Source: Vulcanimicrobiota bacterium (GTDB lineage Bacteria > Vulcanimicrobiota > Vulcanimicrobiia > Vulcanimicrobiales > Vulcanimicrobiaceae). From it: DNA of 64,000 nucleotides. Position numbers and translations under genes: made by a program. How positions within the stretch are numbered: position 1 is the stretch's first letter; each line of letters starts with the position of its first letter. The notes under the pieces are model-generated. The model was not told where the DNA came from. It did no database searches and saw only the letters and a program-made list of their open reading frames with translations. Positions 41,407 to 53,610 of this stretch are shown here, piece by piece. Where the stretch lies: NCBI GenBank assembly GCA_963833095.1, contig CAWHWQ010000003.1, positions 160,001 through 224,000 on the forward strand. Direction: 5' to 3'.

Positions 41407-42149
41407 CCCCGTTCGGGAGCGAGCCCCTCGACGTGGGCGAGCCAGAAATCGAACGATGCCCTCGCCTGTTCTTCGAGCATGGCGTCGCCGGGAACGATCT
41501 CGCGTTCGAGTTGATGGTGCAGCGTCGCACGCCGGCCATAATTCACGTCCATCACGATGTCGGCGCGCATCAACGAATCGAGCATATCTGGTTCGAACCG
41601 CACCTTCGGCGGTAACGTGCTAATCACGATCTCCGGCGGATTGTCACTAGGCCACGTTTGCGCGTCGTAGCGTTCACATGCCGCTTGCACTTTTAGCGCA
41701 TCGCGACCCCAAACGAACATATAGGCGTCGTTTTCCGAGAAGTGCGCAAGAATCGCCCGCGCGGTGGCGCCGTACCCGAGCACACCGATGCGCTTGAGCG
41801 CGATGGATTCTTCGAGCAATACTTCAAGCGCGGAACGCGCGCCGATGCCGTCGGTGTTGTGCCCCAGAATCTCCGAGCCGAAAAAGATCGTATTCACGGC
41901 CTGCGCGCTTTCGGCTTCGTGCGTGAGCGCATCGCATGCCGCGCGTGCTTCTTCTTTGAGCGGAAAGGTCACGTTTGCGCCGGTGTAACCGTCCATGCGC
42001 ATGCGCCGAATCACCGAAATCGCGTTGATTTGCGGCACGCGAATCGCCACGTAGCTGCCGTCCTCGATCTCGGCTTCGTCCATAAAGCGCCGATGAATTT
42101 CGGGGCTGCGGCTGTGCGAGACGGGATCGCCGATGACTGCGAGCCTCAT
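41403..42149 (-). CDS. aroE: Shikimate dehydrogenase
   Basis: GDPVSHSRSP, GANVTFPLK, AVNT, NTDG. Confidence 0.92.
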   Translation of the reverse strand: MRLAVIGDPVSHSRSPEIHRRFMDEAEIEDGSYVAIRVPQINAISVIRRMRMDGYTGANVTFPLKEEARAACDALTHEAESAQAVNTIFFGSEILGHNTDGIGARSALEVLLEESIALKRIGVLGYGATARAILAHFSENDAYMFVWGRDALKVQAACERYDAQTWPSDNPPEIVISTLPPKVRFEPDMLDSLMRADIVMDVNYGRRATLHHQLEREIVPGDAMLEEQARASFDFWLAHVEGLAPERG

Positions 42150-42631
42150 TCGCTTGGACGACCCGGGAGCATCAAGCGTTCGAGAAACCGGAAGAGCATG
42201 GTGACCGGAAAGTCTTTGGCTTCGATCGGTTCGGTGAGGATCGTGTAGAGACCGCATAGTTTGCCTGAGAGCACGTCGGTGAAGAGCTGATCGCCCACCA
42301 CGGCGATCTGCCGGCGGGGGATTCCCAGCATTCGCACCGCGCGCATCACGCCGAAGGGCAACGGCTTGAGCGCATTGGGCACGCACTGAATATTGAGCTG
42401 ACGCGCGATGCCGGTGACGCGTTCGGTGAAGTTGTTGGAAACCATAACCATCCGAAAGCCGTGGTCGTGGGCGCGTTTGACCCAATCCAGGTGATCGGCC
42501 TCGAGCTCGGTCTGCCGGAACCCCATCAGGGTGTTGTCGAGATCGACGATCAGCCCGCGGAAGCCCTGAGCGTGCAGGTCCTCCAAGGCGAGGGTGGCGA
42601 GGCGCGAGACAAAACGATCAGGACCGAACAT
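42146..42631 (-). CDS. yqeG: YqeG family HAD IIIA phosphatase
   Basis: DLDNTL, SNN, KP, VGDQLFTD. Confidence 0.92.
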   Translation of the reverse strand: MFGPDRFVSRLATLALEDLHAQGFRGLIVDLDNTLMGFRQTELEADHLDWVKRAHDHGFRMVMVSNNFTERVTGIARQLNIQCVPNALKPLPFGVMRAVRMLGIPRRQIAVVGDQLFTDVLSGKLCGLYTILTEPIEAKDFPVTMLFRFLERLMLPGRPSE

Positions 42632-42773
42632 TATGGCTGCCGTTCCGACGGCTTATCCCCGGTATCCTCGGAAGGCTCCACAGGGTCTCCTCCCCTTTGA
42701 AGGCTCATCCCCGGGCCATCCTCCGATTTTTGTCGCCTTCCACAACGAAATCACAAGGAGTTAAGGCCGGCGA

Positions 42774-42789
42774 CCCCAATATCTTGTGG
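42774..42789 (+). promoter_or_regulatory. NrdR box (a degenerate second half-box starts 32 bp downstream at 42806)
   Basis: CCCCAATATCTTGTGG matches the acaCwAtATaTwGtg consensus upstream of an RNR. Confidence 0.8.
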
Positions 42790-42917
42790 CAATGAGATCG
42801 ATGTGGCACAATAGGTGTCCCATTGGTCTATCGGTGTCGGCTTTAGCGAACGGGTGTTCGCATCTACTCTCTCGAAGATCACTGGTCCAGCCCAACACGC
42901 CCAAGGAGCAGCTCCCC

Positions 42918-45900
42918 ATGAAGTTCCGTCGCCTCTATTCGGCCCACAACGATCCGTATGCGGGCCTCGAGTTCGAGCCGCGCACGTCGCGGATCGTCAA
43001 CCCGGACGGTTCGGTCATTTTTGAAGCCAAGGATGTGATGGTGCCGACCGGTTGGAGCCAGGTCGCCGTCGACGTGCTTGCTCAGAAGTATTGCCGTAAA
43101 GCCGGCGTCCCAACCGCGACCGTGCGGATTGCGGAAGAGGGCGTTCCGCAGTGGCTGTGGCGCTCCGAGGCGGCGTCTGACGCGACGTTCGGTGCCGAGC
43201 GCGACTCTCGCCAGGTCTTCAATCGTTTGGCGGGCTGCTGGGCATACTGGGGCTGGAAAACCGGCTACTTCGATAGCGAAGACGACGCACGCATCTACTT
43301 TGACGAGATGTCGGCGATGCTCGCGCGCCAAGTCGGCGCGCCGAATTCACCGCAATGGTTTAACACCGGTTTGCATTGGGCGTACGGCATTTCGGGGCCG
43401 GCGCAAGGCCACTATTTTGTCGACCCCAAAAGCGGCGAAGCCGTGCGCTCGACGTCGGCCTTCGAGCAGGCCACAGGTTAGCGCGTGCTTTATCCTTTCC
43501 ATTGACGACGATCTGGTCAATCAAGGCGGCATTTTCGACGGTTTGCTCCGCGAAGCACGCATCTTTAAAGGCGGCTCGGGTTCAGGCGCAAATTTCTCGC
43601 GCCTTCGCGCCGAGGGTGAAAAACTAACGGGTGGCGGCACATCGAGCGGCTTGATGTCGTTCCTCAAAGTCTTCGATCGCGCTGCGGGTGCGATTAAATC
43701 CGGCGGCACCACGCGTCGTGCGGCCAAGATGGTGGTACTCAACGCCGACCATCCCGACATCGAGAAATTCGTCAACTGGAAAGTTACCGAGGAGCGTAAG
43801 GTCGCCGACTTGGTGATCGGTTCACGAATTCTCAAAGAACAACTAAACGCAATTATGGCGGCGGCGCACGATACGCGCATCCCGGAGTCATCGCGCTTGG
43901 ACGTGGCGTTTAATTCGTATTTGCGCGATGCGCTACGCAAAGCGCTCATGATGGGCGTGCCCAGCGGCGCGACGCAACAAGCGCTGGATTACGCGCGCCA
44001 GGGCTTCAAGAGTCTGGAGATTGACCAGTACGACACCGCGTGGGATTCTGAAGCGTACAATACCGTCTCGGGTCAGAACTCCAACAATTCGGTGCGTCTA
44101 ACCAACGCCTTCTTCAACGCGCTCGACAAGAACGACGATTGGGCCTTGACCTCACGCACCAACGGCAACACGGTCAAGACGATCAAAGCCGCGGATCTGT
44201 GGGAACAGATCGGTCTTGCCGCCTGGCAGTGCGCCGATCCCGGCCTGCAATTCGATGACACGATTCAAGAATGGCATACCTGTTCCAACGACGAGCGCAT
44301 TAATGCGACGAATCCGTGTGTTACCGGCGACACGCTGGTTGCTACGGCGGACGGCCCAAAGAGAATCGCTGATATGGTCGGCAAAGCCGCATTCATCATC
44401 GGCTCCGACGGCAAACCGCATTTCGTCAACAAGGTCTTCCCAACCGGTCGTAAGGCCGTCTATCGCCTTGTTACCAAAGCCGGTTACACGGTCGACCTGA
44501 CCGCCGATCACAAGGTTCTCACGGAGAATCGCGGTGATGTTCCAGCCTGCGAACTGCGCAAGGGCGATCGTATTCTGCTGTCCGGTTCAGGCTTCGGAAT
44601 CGAGACCCTCGACGAGCAAATTGCGCTCGGGATTGGTGCAGCAGTACGCGACAGTGTGCACGACGACGCCCCGCCGGTTATTCGAGGCATCGCCGGGGGC
44701 ATCAGCGAGACCAATCCGGCTATCGTGGATGATGGCCCGAGCCGTCGCGCTACCGCCGCGACCGCGCCCAAGTCCGCCGTCGAACTCATCTCGCACTATG
44801 CCGTCCTTGATGAAGGTCGTGCGAGGACGCGGTTCACTGAGGCAATTTATCGCCTCGACAAGGCCTCGACCGCTGCGGTGCTGCGTGGACTCTTTAGCGC
44901 AGATGGGACGCTCGACGCGGGCTTGCTCGAGCTCGCGCAGCAGGTTCAACACATGCTGCTCTCGTTCGGAATCAAAGCGGAGCTCTCCACCGATCGCCTG
45001 CATCCGCTTCGCGTCGCGCCTTCATCGCTGCAACGTCTCAATGTATCAGTGAGCTGCAGCGACGCTCTCTCGGATGAATTTGCCTCGCTCGACCCAATCG
45101 GCGAAGCGGACGTCTTCGATCTGACCGAACACGACACATCACACTTCGTTGCAAACGGTTTGCAAGTGCACAACTGCTCGGAATACGTTTTCATTGATGA
45201 CACTGCCTGTAACTTGGCATCCTTGAATCTCGTGAAGTTCGAAGACGATCGTGGCGGATTCGACGCACATCGTTTCGCTGAGGCGGCGCGCGTGTGGACG
45301 ACGACGCTGGAGATCTCGGTGACGATGGGCCAAATGCCGTCGAAGACGATCGCCGAGAAGAATCATAAATACCGCACGCTTGGACTTGGCTATGCGAACC
45401 TCGGCACGCTGCTCATGCGTATGGGTTTACCCTACGATTCCGACGAAGGCTACGGCTGGTGCGCGGCGATCAACGCCTTGATGACCGGTGCGGCGTATCG
45501 CACGTCGGCCGAGATGGCGCAGCAGCTTGGCGCCTTTGAGCGCTTCGAAGCCAATCGCGAACCGATGCTGCGCGTGATTCGCAATCATCGTCGCGCCGCG
45601 TACGATGCACCGAAAACGGAGTATGAAGACCTCAGCGTGACGCCGGTCACGTATGTGCCGTCGCTCTTCACCCAAGAGACCTGGGCCCTCGCCCGTAAGA
45701 TGTGGGACGATGCGCTCGCAATCGGTGAGGTGTCGGGCTTCCGCAACGCGCAGACCGTCGTGATCGCGCCGACTGGCTGCCTCACGGGTAACTCAATGGT
45801 GGTTACCGATCGCGGCTTGATGCGTCTGAATCGCCTCGGTAATGTTGAGGGCGAAAAGTGGCAAGACGTCAGCTTCCGTGTATTGACAGACGATGGCGAG

Positions 45901-48900
45901 CAGAATGCGACTAAGTTCTTCATAAACGGGATTGAGCAGACTCGGCGTATCGTCACCAAGAGCGGTTATGTGATTCAAGGCACGCCCACGCACCGCATCA
46001 AGGTGGTGGATCCCACGACCGGCGATTTGCAGTGGAAACGTATGGCTGATGTCACTTTAGACGACATCGTGGCGCTCTCGATGGGCAAGTTCATCGGAGA
46101 ACCAAAGACTGTATCGCTGCCTGATCTTAGCGAAGAATATTGGACTGGAGACTATACGACGCGTGCTCCCCGCACGATGACCGAAGATCTGGCTGAGTTC
46201 ATCGGCTATTTCATGGGAGATGGCTCGTTCCATAGCAAGGGGCTGCGCTTCTGCGTCGCTCAGCAAGACGCCGATGTAGCCGAGCGTCTCTGTTCCCTTG
46301 CAAAGTCGCTATTCAACCTCGAGGCGACTTTGACAAACAAGACCGGATACACAGAGGTTTCCGTCAACTCGGTTCCTCTAACGCTTTGGTGGGAAGCATG
46401 CGGACTTAAGAAATTTCCTCCGCACGAAGGCCACAGTGGAAAGGGGTACGTTCCGCGTATTCCTGACGCGGTTCTCGCGACGAATGACCCCGCAGTATAT
46501 GGCGGCTTCGTGCGTGGCCTCTATGAGGCAGACGGTACGGTCACAAATGGAGCCCCGTGCTGGACAACCGCATCTCGCGAATTCGCTGATGAGGTGAAGA
46601 CGCTGCTACTTCTTCTTGGCGTCCCTACTACGACGAAGATCGATATCTCGGGCTGGGGTCAATCGGAGATCTATTGCACGCGGGTACTGAATCTTTCGTA
46701 TACCAAGGCGTTCACGAATACCGCAGGATTCATTGGAGCGCGTAAGCGGAACGCCGTAGCCTTCAATGACACGTGGCAGGGTCGCAAGCACGACAATGTC
46801 TATATCGGCGAGACTGCATTCCGCGAACTCGTCGTATCGGGAAACGTGTCGAAAGGCGTTCTCTACAATTCGCACAAGCGGAACCCTGGTGGCATTTCTC
46901 GCAATCTCGTTTCACAAATCGTTGAACAAACCGGAAATGAAGAGTTGGCCTGTACCCTGGACTTCTTCTACGATCACGTATCGGCGAACGACGATGGCGG
47001 CGAACAACTCACATATGATCTTTCCGTGCCCGCAAATGTCACGTACATTGCTAACGGCTTCATCTCGCACAATACGATCGGCCTCGTGATGGACTGCGAC
47101 ACGACCGGAATCGAGCCCGACTTCGCGCTCGTGAAGTTCAAGAAACTTGCCGGCGGCGGCTACTTCAAAATCGTCAATCAATCGGTCGATGCTGCCCTGC
47201 ACCGCCTCGGCTACAGCGACGAGCAGATCGCCGCGATCGAAACCTACGCCAAAGGCACCGGCACGCTGTTCGAAGCGCCGCACATCAACCGCGCCACGCT
47301 CAAAGCCAAGGGCTTCGACGACGATGCAGTCGCGCGCGTCGAGGCATCGCTGGTCGGTGCGTTCGAATTGCCGTTCGTCTTCAACAAATTCGTGCTGGGC
47401 GAAGAGTTCTGCAAAGACAAGCTCGGTCTCACCGACGAGCAGCTCAACGATTGGAGCTTCTCGCTCCTACGCGACGGGCTCGGGTTCAGCACGCAGCAGA
47501 TCGAAGAAGCCTCGGCGCACATCTGCGGACGCATGACGCTCGAGGGCGCACCGTATCTCAAAGATGAGCATCTGCCGGTCTTCGACTGCGCGACACCGTG
47601 CGGCAAGTACGGCACGCGCTACATTCGCCCGACCGCGCACATCGAGATGATGGCGGCCGCACAGCCGTTCGTCTCGGGTGCGATCTCCAAATGCGTCGTC
47701 GGCGAAACGCTACTGACGACCGAGAGTGGCTTGGTTCGCATTGAATCGCTGCATCAAGGCGAACGCGACGACTCATTCCGCTCGCACGAAATGCGCATTG
47801 CCTCGCTCAACGGTTCGCAAAACACCGATGCATTCTATTACGGCGGCAAGCGGCAAGTTCGGGAAGTTCGCCTCCGCTCCGGTCATCGCGTCACCGGAAC
47901 GCCGAACCACCGCGTGCTGACATGCGGCGACCAGGGGCTAGCATGGCGATACCTTTCGGATATTCAGCCGGGCGAGCATGTCGCAACGCAATACGGTGAC
48001 GACATGTGGTCGAAGGAAGCTGCTCGTTTCGATGACTTCGTGGCGTCGCCGGCGTACGGATACCAGAAAAGCATAGCGCTTCCCGAGCAGATGACGTCCG
48101 ATCTCGCCTTCTTCCTAGGCGCGTATGCTTCCGAAGGCCACACCTCGCGTTCGAATTACACGATCACGATCACAAACTCGGTTGAGACGGTGCTTCTGCG
48201 CGTTCAGGATGCGGCGCGGTCCGCGTTCGGAATCGAAGGCAAGATTCATCATCCAGTCGACAAGTGCTCAAACATCGTCTTTACGTCAAAAACGCTTGTC
48301 GAGTTCCTCGAATACCTCGGATCCGGATCACGCGCGAGCGAGAAGCGTATTCCCGACGCGGTGCTTCGCTCACAGCGTGAGCACGTACTCGCATTCCTGA
48401 CCGGACTCTTCCTCGATGCTTACGTGACTACCGAGGGAATGAGCAAGTGGGCGATCTGTCTTGACTCGGCCGGCTTACTGGACGACCTCCAAGCCGTCCT
48501 GACGAACCTTGGCGTTGTCCATAGCCGTATCGAGAAGCTCAATCGCGAGTACGGAAAGACCTATGGTGAGGTCTATGCGACGGGCCGTCAGGCTCAGAAG
48601 CTCCTCGCAATGGTTCAGTTCCCGGAGCCGGCTAAGCTCGCACGCGCGTGGACCGTCCTAACCCACAGTTTCGCGCAAAGTTCCGCAGATGTCGTCCCGG
48701 GCGTCGACAGTCGGGCGCTCTACGAGATGCTTCCACGCGGCAAATCGGGTCGGAGTGGAGCGGGCACAGGTGGTGTTCGAAGCCGTTACACGCACCTGCT
48801 CGATTCGCGTACGAAAAATGTCTCGTGGGAAACGCTACAACGACTTTCCGAAGAGATCGAACTTCCCGAGTGGCTCGACGAGATCGTTAACCGCAATCTT

Positions 48901-49990
48901 CACTTCAGCCCCGTCGAACACGTAGCGGACGCCGGCGAACGCCTCGTCTACGACATCTCTGTTCCGGTAACGCACGCCTTCGTCGGCAACGGTATCGTGA
49001 ACCATAACACGATCAACCTGCCGCAAACCGCGACGATTGCCGAAGTGAAGGACGCGTACCGTTATAGCTGGGAGCGCATGATCAAGGCGGTCGCGCTCTA
49101 TCGCGACGGATCGAAACTCTCCCAACCGCTGGCGGCGAGCTTCGATCTGGGCGGCGATGCCTCGATCGGCGAAGAGGTCGCACCTCAGCAGCCGTTCCAA
49201 CAGCCGCTGCAAGTGGCTGAGAAGATCGTGTACCGCTACATTGCCAAGCGCCGCAGCATGCCGGCGCGTCGCAGCGGCTACACGCAGAAGGCGGTCATCG
49301 GCGGCCACAAAGTCTACCTGCGCACCGGCGAGTACGTCAACGGGCAGCTCGGCGAGATCTTCATCGACATGCATAAGGAAGGCGCCGCGTTCCGATCGTT
49401 GATGAATAACTTCGCAATCGCGGTGTCCTTAGGTCTGCAGCACGGCGTCCCGCTTGAAGAGTACGTGGAGGCGTTTACCTTCACGCGCTTCGAGCCCAAC
49501 GGTCCGGTGGTCGGCCATCAGAACATCAAGATGGCGACGTCGCTGCTCGACTACATCTTCCGCGAGCTGGCGGTGAGCTATCTCGGCCGCTACGATCTCG
49601 CGCACGTGCAACCCTCGATGGAGATGGACGCGATGGACGTCGGCGGATCCGGCGAGGAGTACATCGCCGAGGAGGCAGGTGAGACGCGCGTGCGTCCCGC
49701 CGGCGTGGCCGAGCAATTCCATCCGGTCTCGACGCATCTGCGTCCGGGCAAGGACGAAGGCGGCGAGAGGCGGAGGCGGCATGCACGCACCGGCAATGCA
49801 CGACACGCCCAAACCGCTGCCGCACGCTGCAACGTCCACGGCGGTGATGTCGAAAGTCGAAGCAGTCAACGCGTCAAAGGCGAAAGGCTACACCGGCAAC
49901 GCCTGCGGCGAATGCGGTCAACTCACGATGGTGCGCAACGGCGCCTGCGAGAAGTGCGACAACTGCGGCGCAACATCGGGATGTAGCTGA
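42918..49990 (+). CDS. nrdJ: Vitamin B12-dependent class II ribonucleotide reductase with three inteins (frameshifts near 43470 and 49770)
   Basis: [63 protein letters not shown]-like region, terminal CxxC..CxxCG..SGCS. Confidence 0.96.
44317..45174 (+). mobile_element. Intein 1 (286 aa, eroded LAGLIDADG) at NP|C catalytic site
   Basis: CVTGDTLV...TADH...[11 protein letters not shown]; only LRGLFSADG remains recognisable. Confidence 0.93.
45778..47073 (+). mobile_element. Intein 2 (432 aa) with LAGLIDADG homing endonuclease at IAPTG|T
   Basis: CLTGNSMV...TPTH...[10 protein letters not shown]...[10 protein letters not shown]...[11 protein letters not shown]. Confidence 0.95.
47692..49008 (+). 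mobile_element. Intein 3 (439 aa) with LAGLIDADG-type domain at AISK|T
   Basis: CVVGETLL...TPNH...FLGAYASEG...LTGLFLDA...[11 protein letters not shown]. Confidence 0.94.
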
Positions 49991-50032
49991 AACTATCGAT
50001 TATTTAGGCCGAACGAACCACAGGAACAGTCC

Positions 50033-50056
50033 AGAGCGACGCTAAAGCGTCGCTCT
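50033..50056 (+). terminator. Perfect hairpin after nrdJ
   Basis: AGAGCGACGC-TAAA-GCGTCGCTCT; weak U tract. Confidence 0.55.
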
Positions 50057-50515
50057 CTGCTATGTTAGGTGATCTTGGCTTTACTATCGTTGACACGAGC
50101 GGCAACACGTTGCGTTTCGATGACTTCAATATCAAAAGACTCGATCGACATACCCTGAGCGGAATACCCAGATGAAAAACGACGAAGGCCGGGGAAGAGA
50201 TGTTTAGCCGAATCAAAGCCTTCTTCGGGAGAGATACGAAGCAGACTTCGCCGCCGCTTTCTGGCCGGTCGTTTGTGCCCTGCGATCTTCCCTTACGCGG
50301 CACCTTAGACCGGCGCTACTGCAAAGGGCGGTTCGGCACGTGCCTTACGCCGCCGAAAACAGAGCAACACTTGTGTCGCATGGCCCTCGCGTCTATAGCG
50401 CTCAACCGTGATACAAACCGATTATGGTGTCAGTAGCGTTCCGGAACGTCGGAAGCTGAGCCTGTCGCGCGAACTGGAGGACGTCCGTTGCGAGCGCCTG
50501 AATAATCAGGCGCCA

Positions 50516-50761
50516 ATGGCTACACAAAAGCTTGGCCCGGTTCATAAACTTCCGGCGGACTTGCGGAAAGCAATTGAATCTGACTCGGTTGCAAAGGGTG
50601 TGTGGGAAGACATTACGCCGTTAGCCCGCAACGAGTGGATCTGCTGGGTTACCTCCGCGAAGAAAGATGATACCCGCAAGCGCCGCATTACCGTCGGCCT
50701 GGATAAAATGCGCAAGGGTATGCGCCGGCCATGCTGTTGGCCGGGTTGCCCGCATCGCTAA
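50516..50761 (+). CDS. YdeI/OmpD-associated family protein
   Basis: LPADLRKAI...ITPLARNEWICWV.SAKK..TR.RRI...RRPCCWPGCPHR. Confidence 0.85.
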   Translation: MATQKLGPVHKLPADLRKAIESDSVAKGVWEDITPLARNEWICWVTSAKKDDTRKRRITVGLDKMRKGMRRPCCWPGCPHR

Positions 50762-50778
50762 CTAAGGCGTTGCTGGAA

Positions 50779-51087
50779 TCAGCGCGGAAGATGCATGGCA
50801 AAAGACTTAACGCCTGCCGTGCGCACGCGCGATTCGATGGCCTCGAAAATGTCCAATGTCAGGGCGGCAACTCCGAGGCGTCGCATCACTTTCCCTTCGG
50901 TGCGTAACCGCTGGACCATCGCGCGGCGACCGACATCGTCCGTGTTGCCCAGGCCCCACTTGTTGCGCGGAAGGCGTGGATCGTTATAGAGATCCTCGAT
51001 CACCGCAGCCAGCTTATCCGCGGGGCCTTCCAAAGTGATCAGATGCGGCCACAAGGCAAACTTCATCGTCCGATCATCAGCTATCAT
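50779..51087 (-). CDS. Hypothetical protein
   Basis: About 100 aa ORF with GGAGGG RBS. Confidence 0.55.
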   Translation of the reverse strand: MIADDRTMKFALWPHLITLEGPADKLAAVIEDLYNDPRLPRNKWGLGNTDDVGRRAMVQRLRTEGKVMRRLGVAALTLDIFEAIESRVRTAGVKSFAMHLPR

Positions 51088-51217
51088 TTTTCGGCCCTCC
51101 CTCACCCCTTACAATCGGGTGGAAAAGCGCCCTCATGAACACGCTTTTGCCAACGAGCTGTAAGCGCTTGATATAGCTTGTGTAAACGCCGTGGCCATCC
51201 ACCGAGATTGGCAAGGT

Positions 51218-51385
51218 TTACGGGTTCTTTAGGAACCGCAAATAGAAGGCCATAAACACCAAGACAATACCGATGTTCGCTATTAGCCGTTCCAAGAATC
51301 GATTTCTGAAAAACAGCAGATCCACACTAACGACCACGGCAATCAACACCACAAGGTATAGCACGGCAGGCATGATCCTGACCAT
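51218..51385 (-). CDS. 55-aa two-TM small membrane protein (not in ORF track)
   Basis: GGAG RBS; MVRIMPAVLYLVVLIAVVVSVDLLFFRNRFLERLIANIGIVLVFMAFYLRFLKNP. Confidence 0.75.
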   Translation of the reverse strand: MVRIMPAVLYLVVLIAVVVSVDLLFFRNRFLERLIANIGIVLVFMAFYLRFLKNP

Positions 51386-51411
51386 TTCAATCTCCTACAA
51401 GCGCCACTGGC

Positions 51412-53522
51412 TTAGGGCATAAGCCCACGGTACTTTAGCAAGGGCGCGACATTGGGATCGGTTCCATAGAAGGCTTTGAACATCGGGCCATAGTCCTCGG
51501 AATGACCGCGCGAGAGGATCATGTCGCGGAAACGCTGGCCGTTCGCGCGCGTCGGGCCGCCGTGATCGATGAACCACTGATAGGTGTCATCATCAAGCAT
51601 CTCGCTCCACGCATAGGCGTAGTAGCCGGCGGCGTAACCGCTCGACCAGATGTGTGCGAAGTAGGTAGAGCGATACCTGGGCGGGACCGATGGAAAATCC
51701 GTTCCCGAATCGGCAAGCGCCTTTGTCTCGAAGGCGTCGGCGTTTTGCTTCGGCGCACTCGCCGGCAATGTGTGCCATGCCATATCGAGCTCATCGGCTG
51801 CCAGTGCCTCACCCGATGCGTAGCCTTGGTTGAACTTCGCGGCAAGAAGCATCTTGTCCATCAGCGCCTGCGGCATCGGTGCGCCGGTACGATAGTCCAC
51901 CGCATAATGTCTGAGGAACGCTGGATACATCGCCCAATGCTCGTTGAACTGCGAAGGATACTCAACGAAGTCGCGCGCGGTGTTGGTCCCAGAAAGCGAC
52001 GCATATTCCTGGTCGGCGAAGAAAGCGTTGAGCGCGTGGCCAAACTCGTGGAACATCCCGGTCACTTCGCCGGTGGTTAGAAGGGTCGGCTGGCCGGGCG
52101 CACCCTTCGGAATGTTTTCCACGTTGTAGACCACCGGCTTCGTTCCCCACAGCTTCGACTGCTCGACGAAGGTACTCATCCACGCGCCGCCCGACTTATT
52201 GTCACGTTTGAAGAAATCGAAGTACATCAGGGCGAGAGGTGAGCCGTCCTTGTCATACACCTCGAACACGCGCACATCCGAATTATAGACCGGAATATCG
52301 TGCCGCTCTTTGAGAGTAATCCCATAGAGCTGATTCGCTGCGTAGAACAATCCGTTCGTAAGGACGTTATTGAGCTCGAAATACGGCCGTACTTGGGCAT
52401 CGTCGAGGTCGTACTTGGCTTTACGTACCGCCTCGGCGTAGTGATTCCAATCCCACGGCTGCAGTGCGAACGTTTGTCCCGATGCGTCGATTTGTGCCTG
52501 GATTTCCTTGGCATCTTCTACAATTTTAGCGTGTGTCGGCGAAATGAGCTGTTTGAGGAATTGCTGAACGGCCTCGGGGGTCTTGGCCATCTGGTCGACG
52601 AGCGCATACGCTGCATAATTCGGATAGCCAAGCAGCGCGGCTCGCTGTGCCCGTAACTGCGCGATCGAAGCAATCGTGTCGCGCGTATCGTTGGCGTCGC
52701 CTTTCTCGGCGCGATTCCACGAGGCCATAAAGAGCTTCTCCCGCAGGTCGCGGTTGTCCAGGGACTGCAGCGCGGGTTGCTGCGTGGTGTTTTGCAACGA
52801 GAGCATCCACTTGCCGTTTGGTGATGCGCCGTTGCCGCCTGCGCGGCGGATGCGATCCCGGCATCGCTCATCCCAGCCAGCTCCGCCTTGCTGTCGACGA
52901 CGACCGCGCCCGCCGCCGTTGCGGCTAGCAACTTGCGGTCGAAGGCGGATCGCAGAATCGAAAGGCGTTTATCGATTTCGCGCATCTTCGCCTTGCCCGC
53001 CGGACTCAATTTTGCTCCGGCCTGGACGAAGCTCTGATAATCGACCCGCACGAGTTGCTGCGACTCAGGATCAAGTTTCAACGTTCCGAGCCGGTTATAC
53101 ACGGTTTGGATGCGGGCGAAGAGCTTGGCATTGAGATAGATCGCGTCTTGCGCCTCCGCCAGCTCCGGAGCGATCGTGTCTTGCACGTTTTGCAGCGCGT
53201 CGTCGGTATTAGCTTGCGAAACCGCGTTGAATGTCTGGGATTGACACGGTAGAGCAGCGCTCCCGCCTTCTCCATCGCGACGAAGGTGTTGGCAAATGTC
53301 GGCGGTGCCGGATTATTGGCAATCGCCGCGTACTCGCGCGTCTTGCTGGGCGATGCCCTCGCGGAATGCCGGCAAATAGTCACTATCTTTGATCCGGTCG
53401 AACGGCGGAGCGCCGAACGGCAACGTGCTCGGAGCAAAGAACGGGTTGGTCGCACTCGGGGCGGGCGCTGACGGGATTGCGACCAGCGCAAATAGGACAA
53501 TGGCAGCAATAAGACGATTCAT
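51412..53522 (-). CDS. Secreted M3 metallopeptidase (peptidyl-dipeptidase Dcp-like), frameshifted
   Basis: Signal peptide, NPF...LP...PPFDRI, FHEFGHAL, DFVEYPSQ, GYAAGYY.Y.W. Confidence 0.9.
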
Positions 53523-53610
53523 AGGCCGTCAATTACGACGCAAGTCACATTTTTCCGCCGACGTACCGCCTTCTTTATCCGACCGGCGCAAGAGAACAGC
53601 GACGCGCACC

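Noticed and set aside
43460..43481. Programmed frameshift or split nrdJ
   Set aside because: No slippery sequence; same kind of indel as elsewhere in the window
50004..50436. ORFs 50004..50303(-), 50200..50436(+) and a 37-aa ORF at 50062
   Set aside because: No recognisable motifs; cannot decide which, if any, is real
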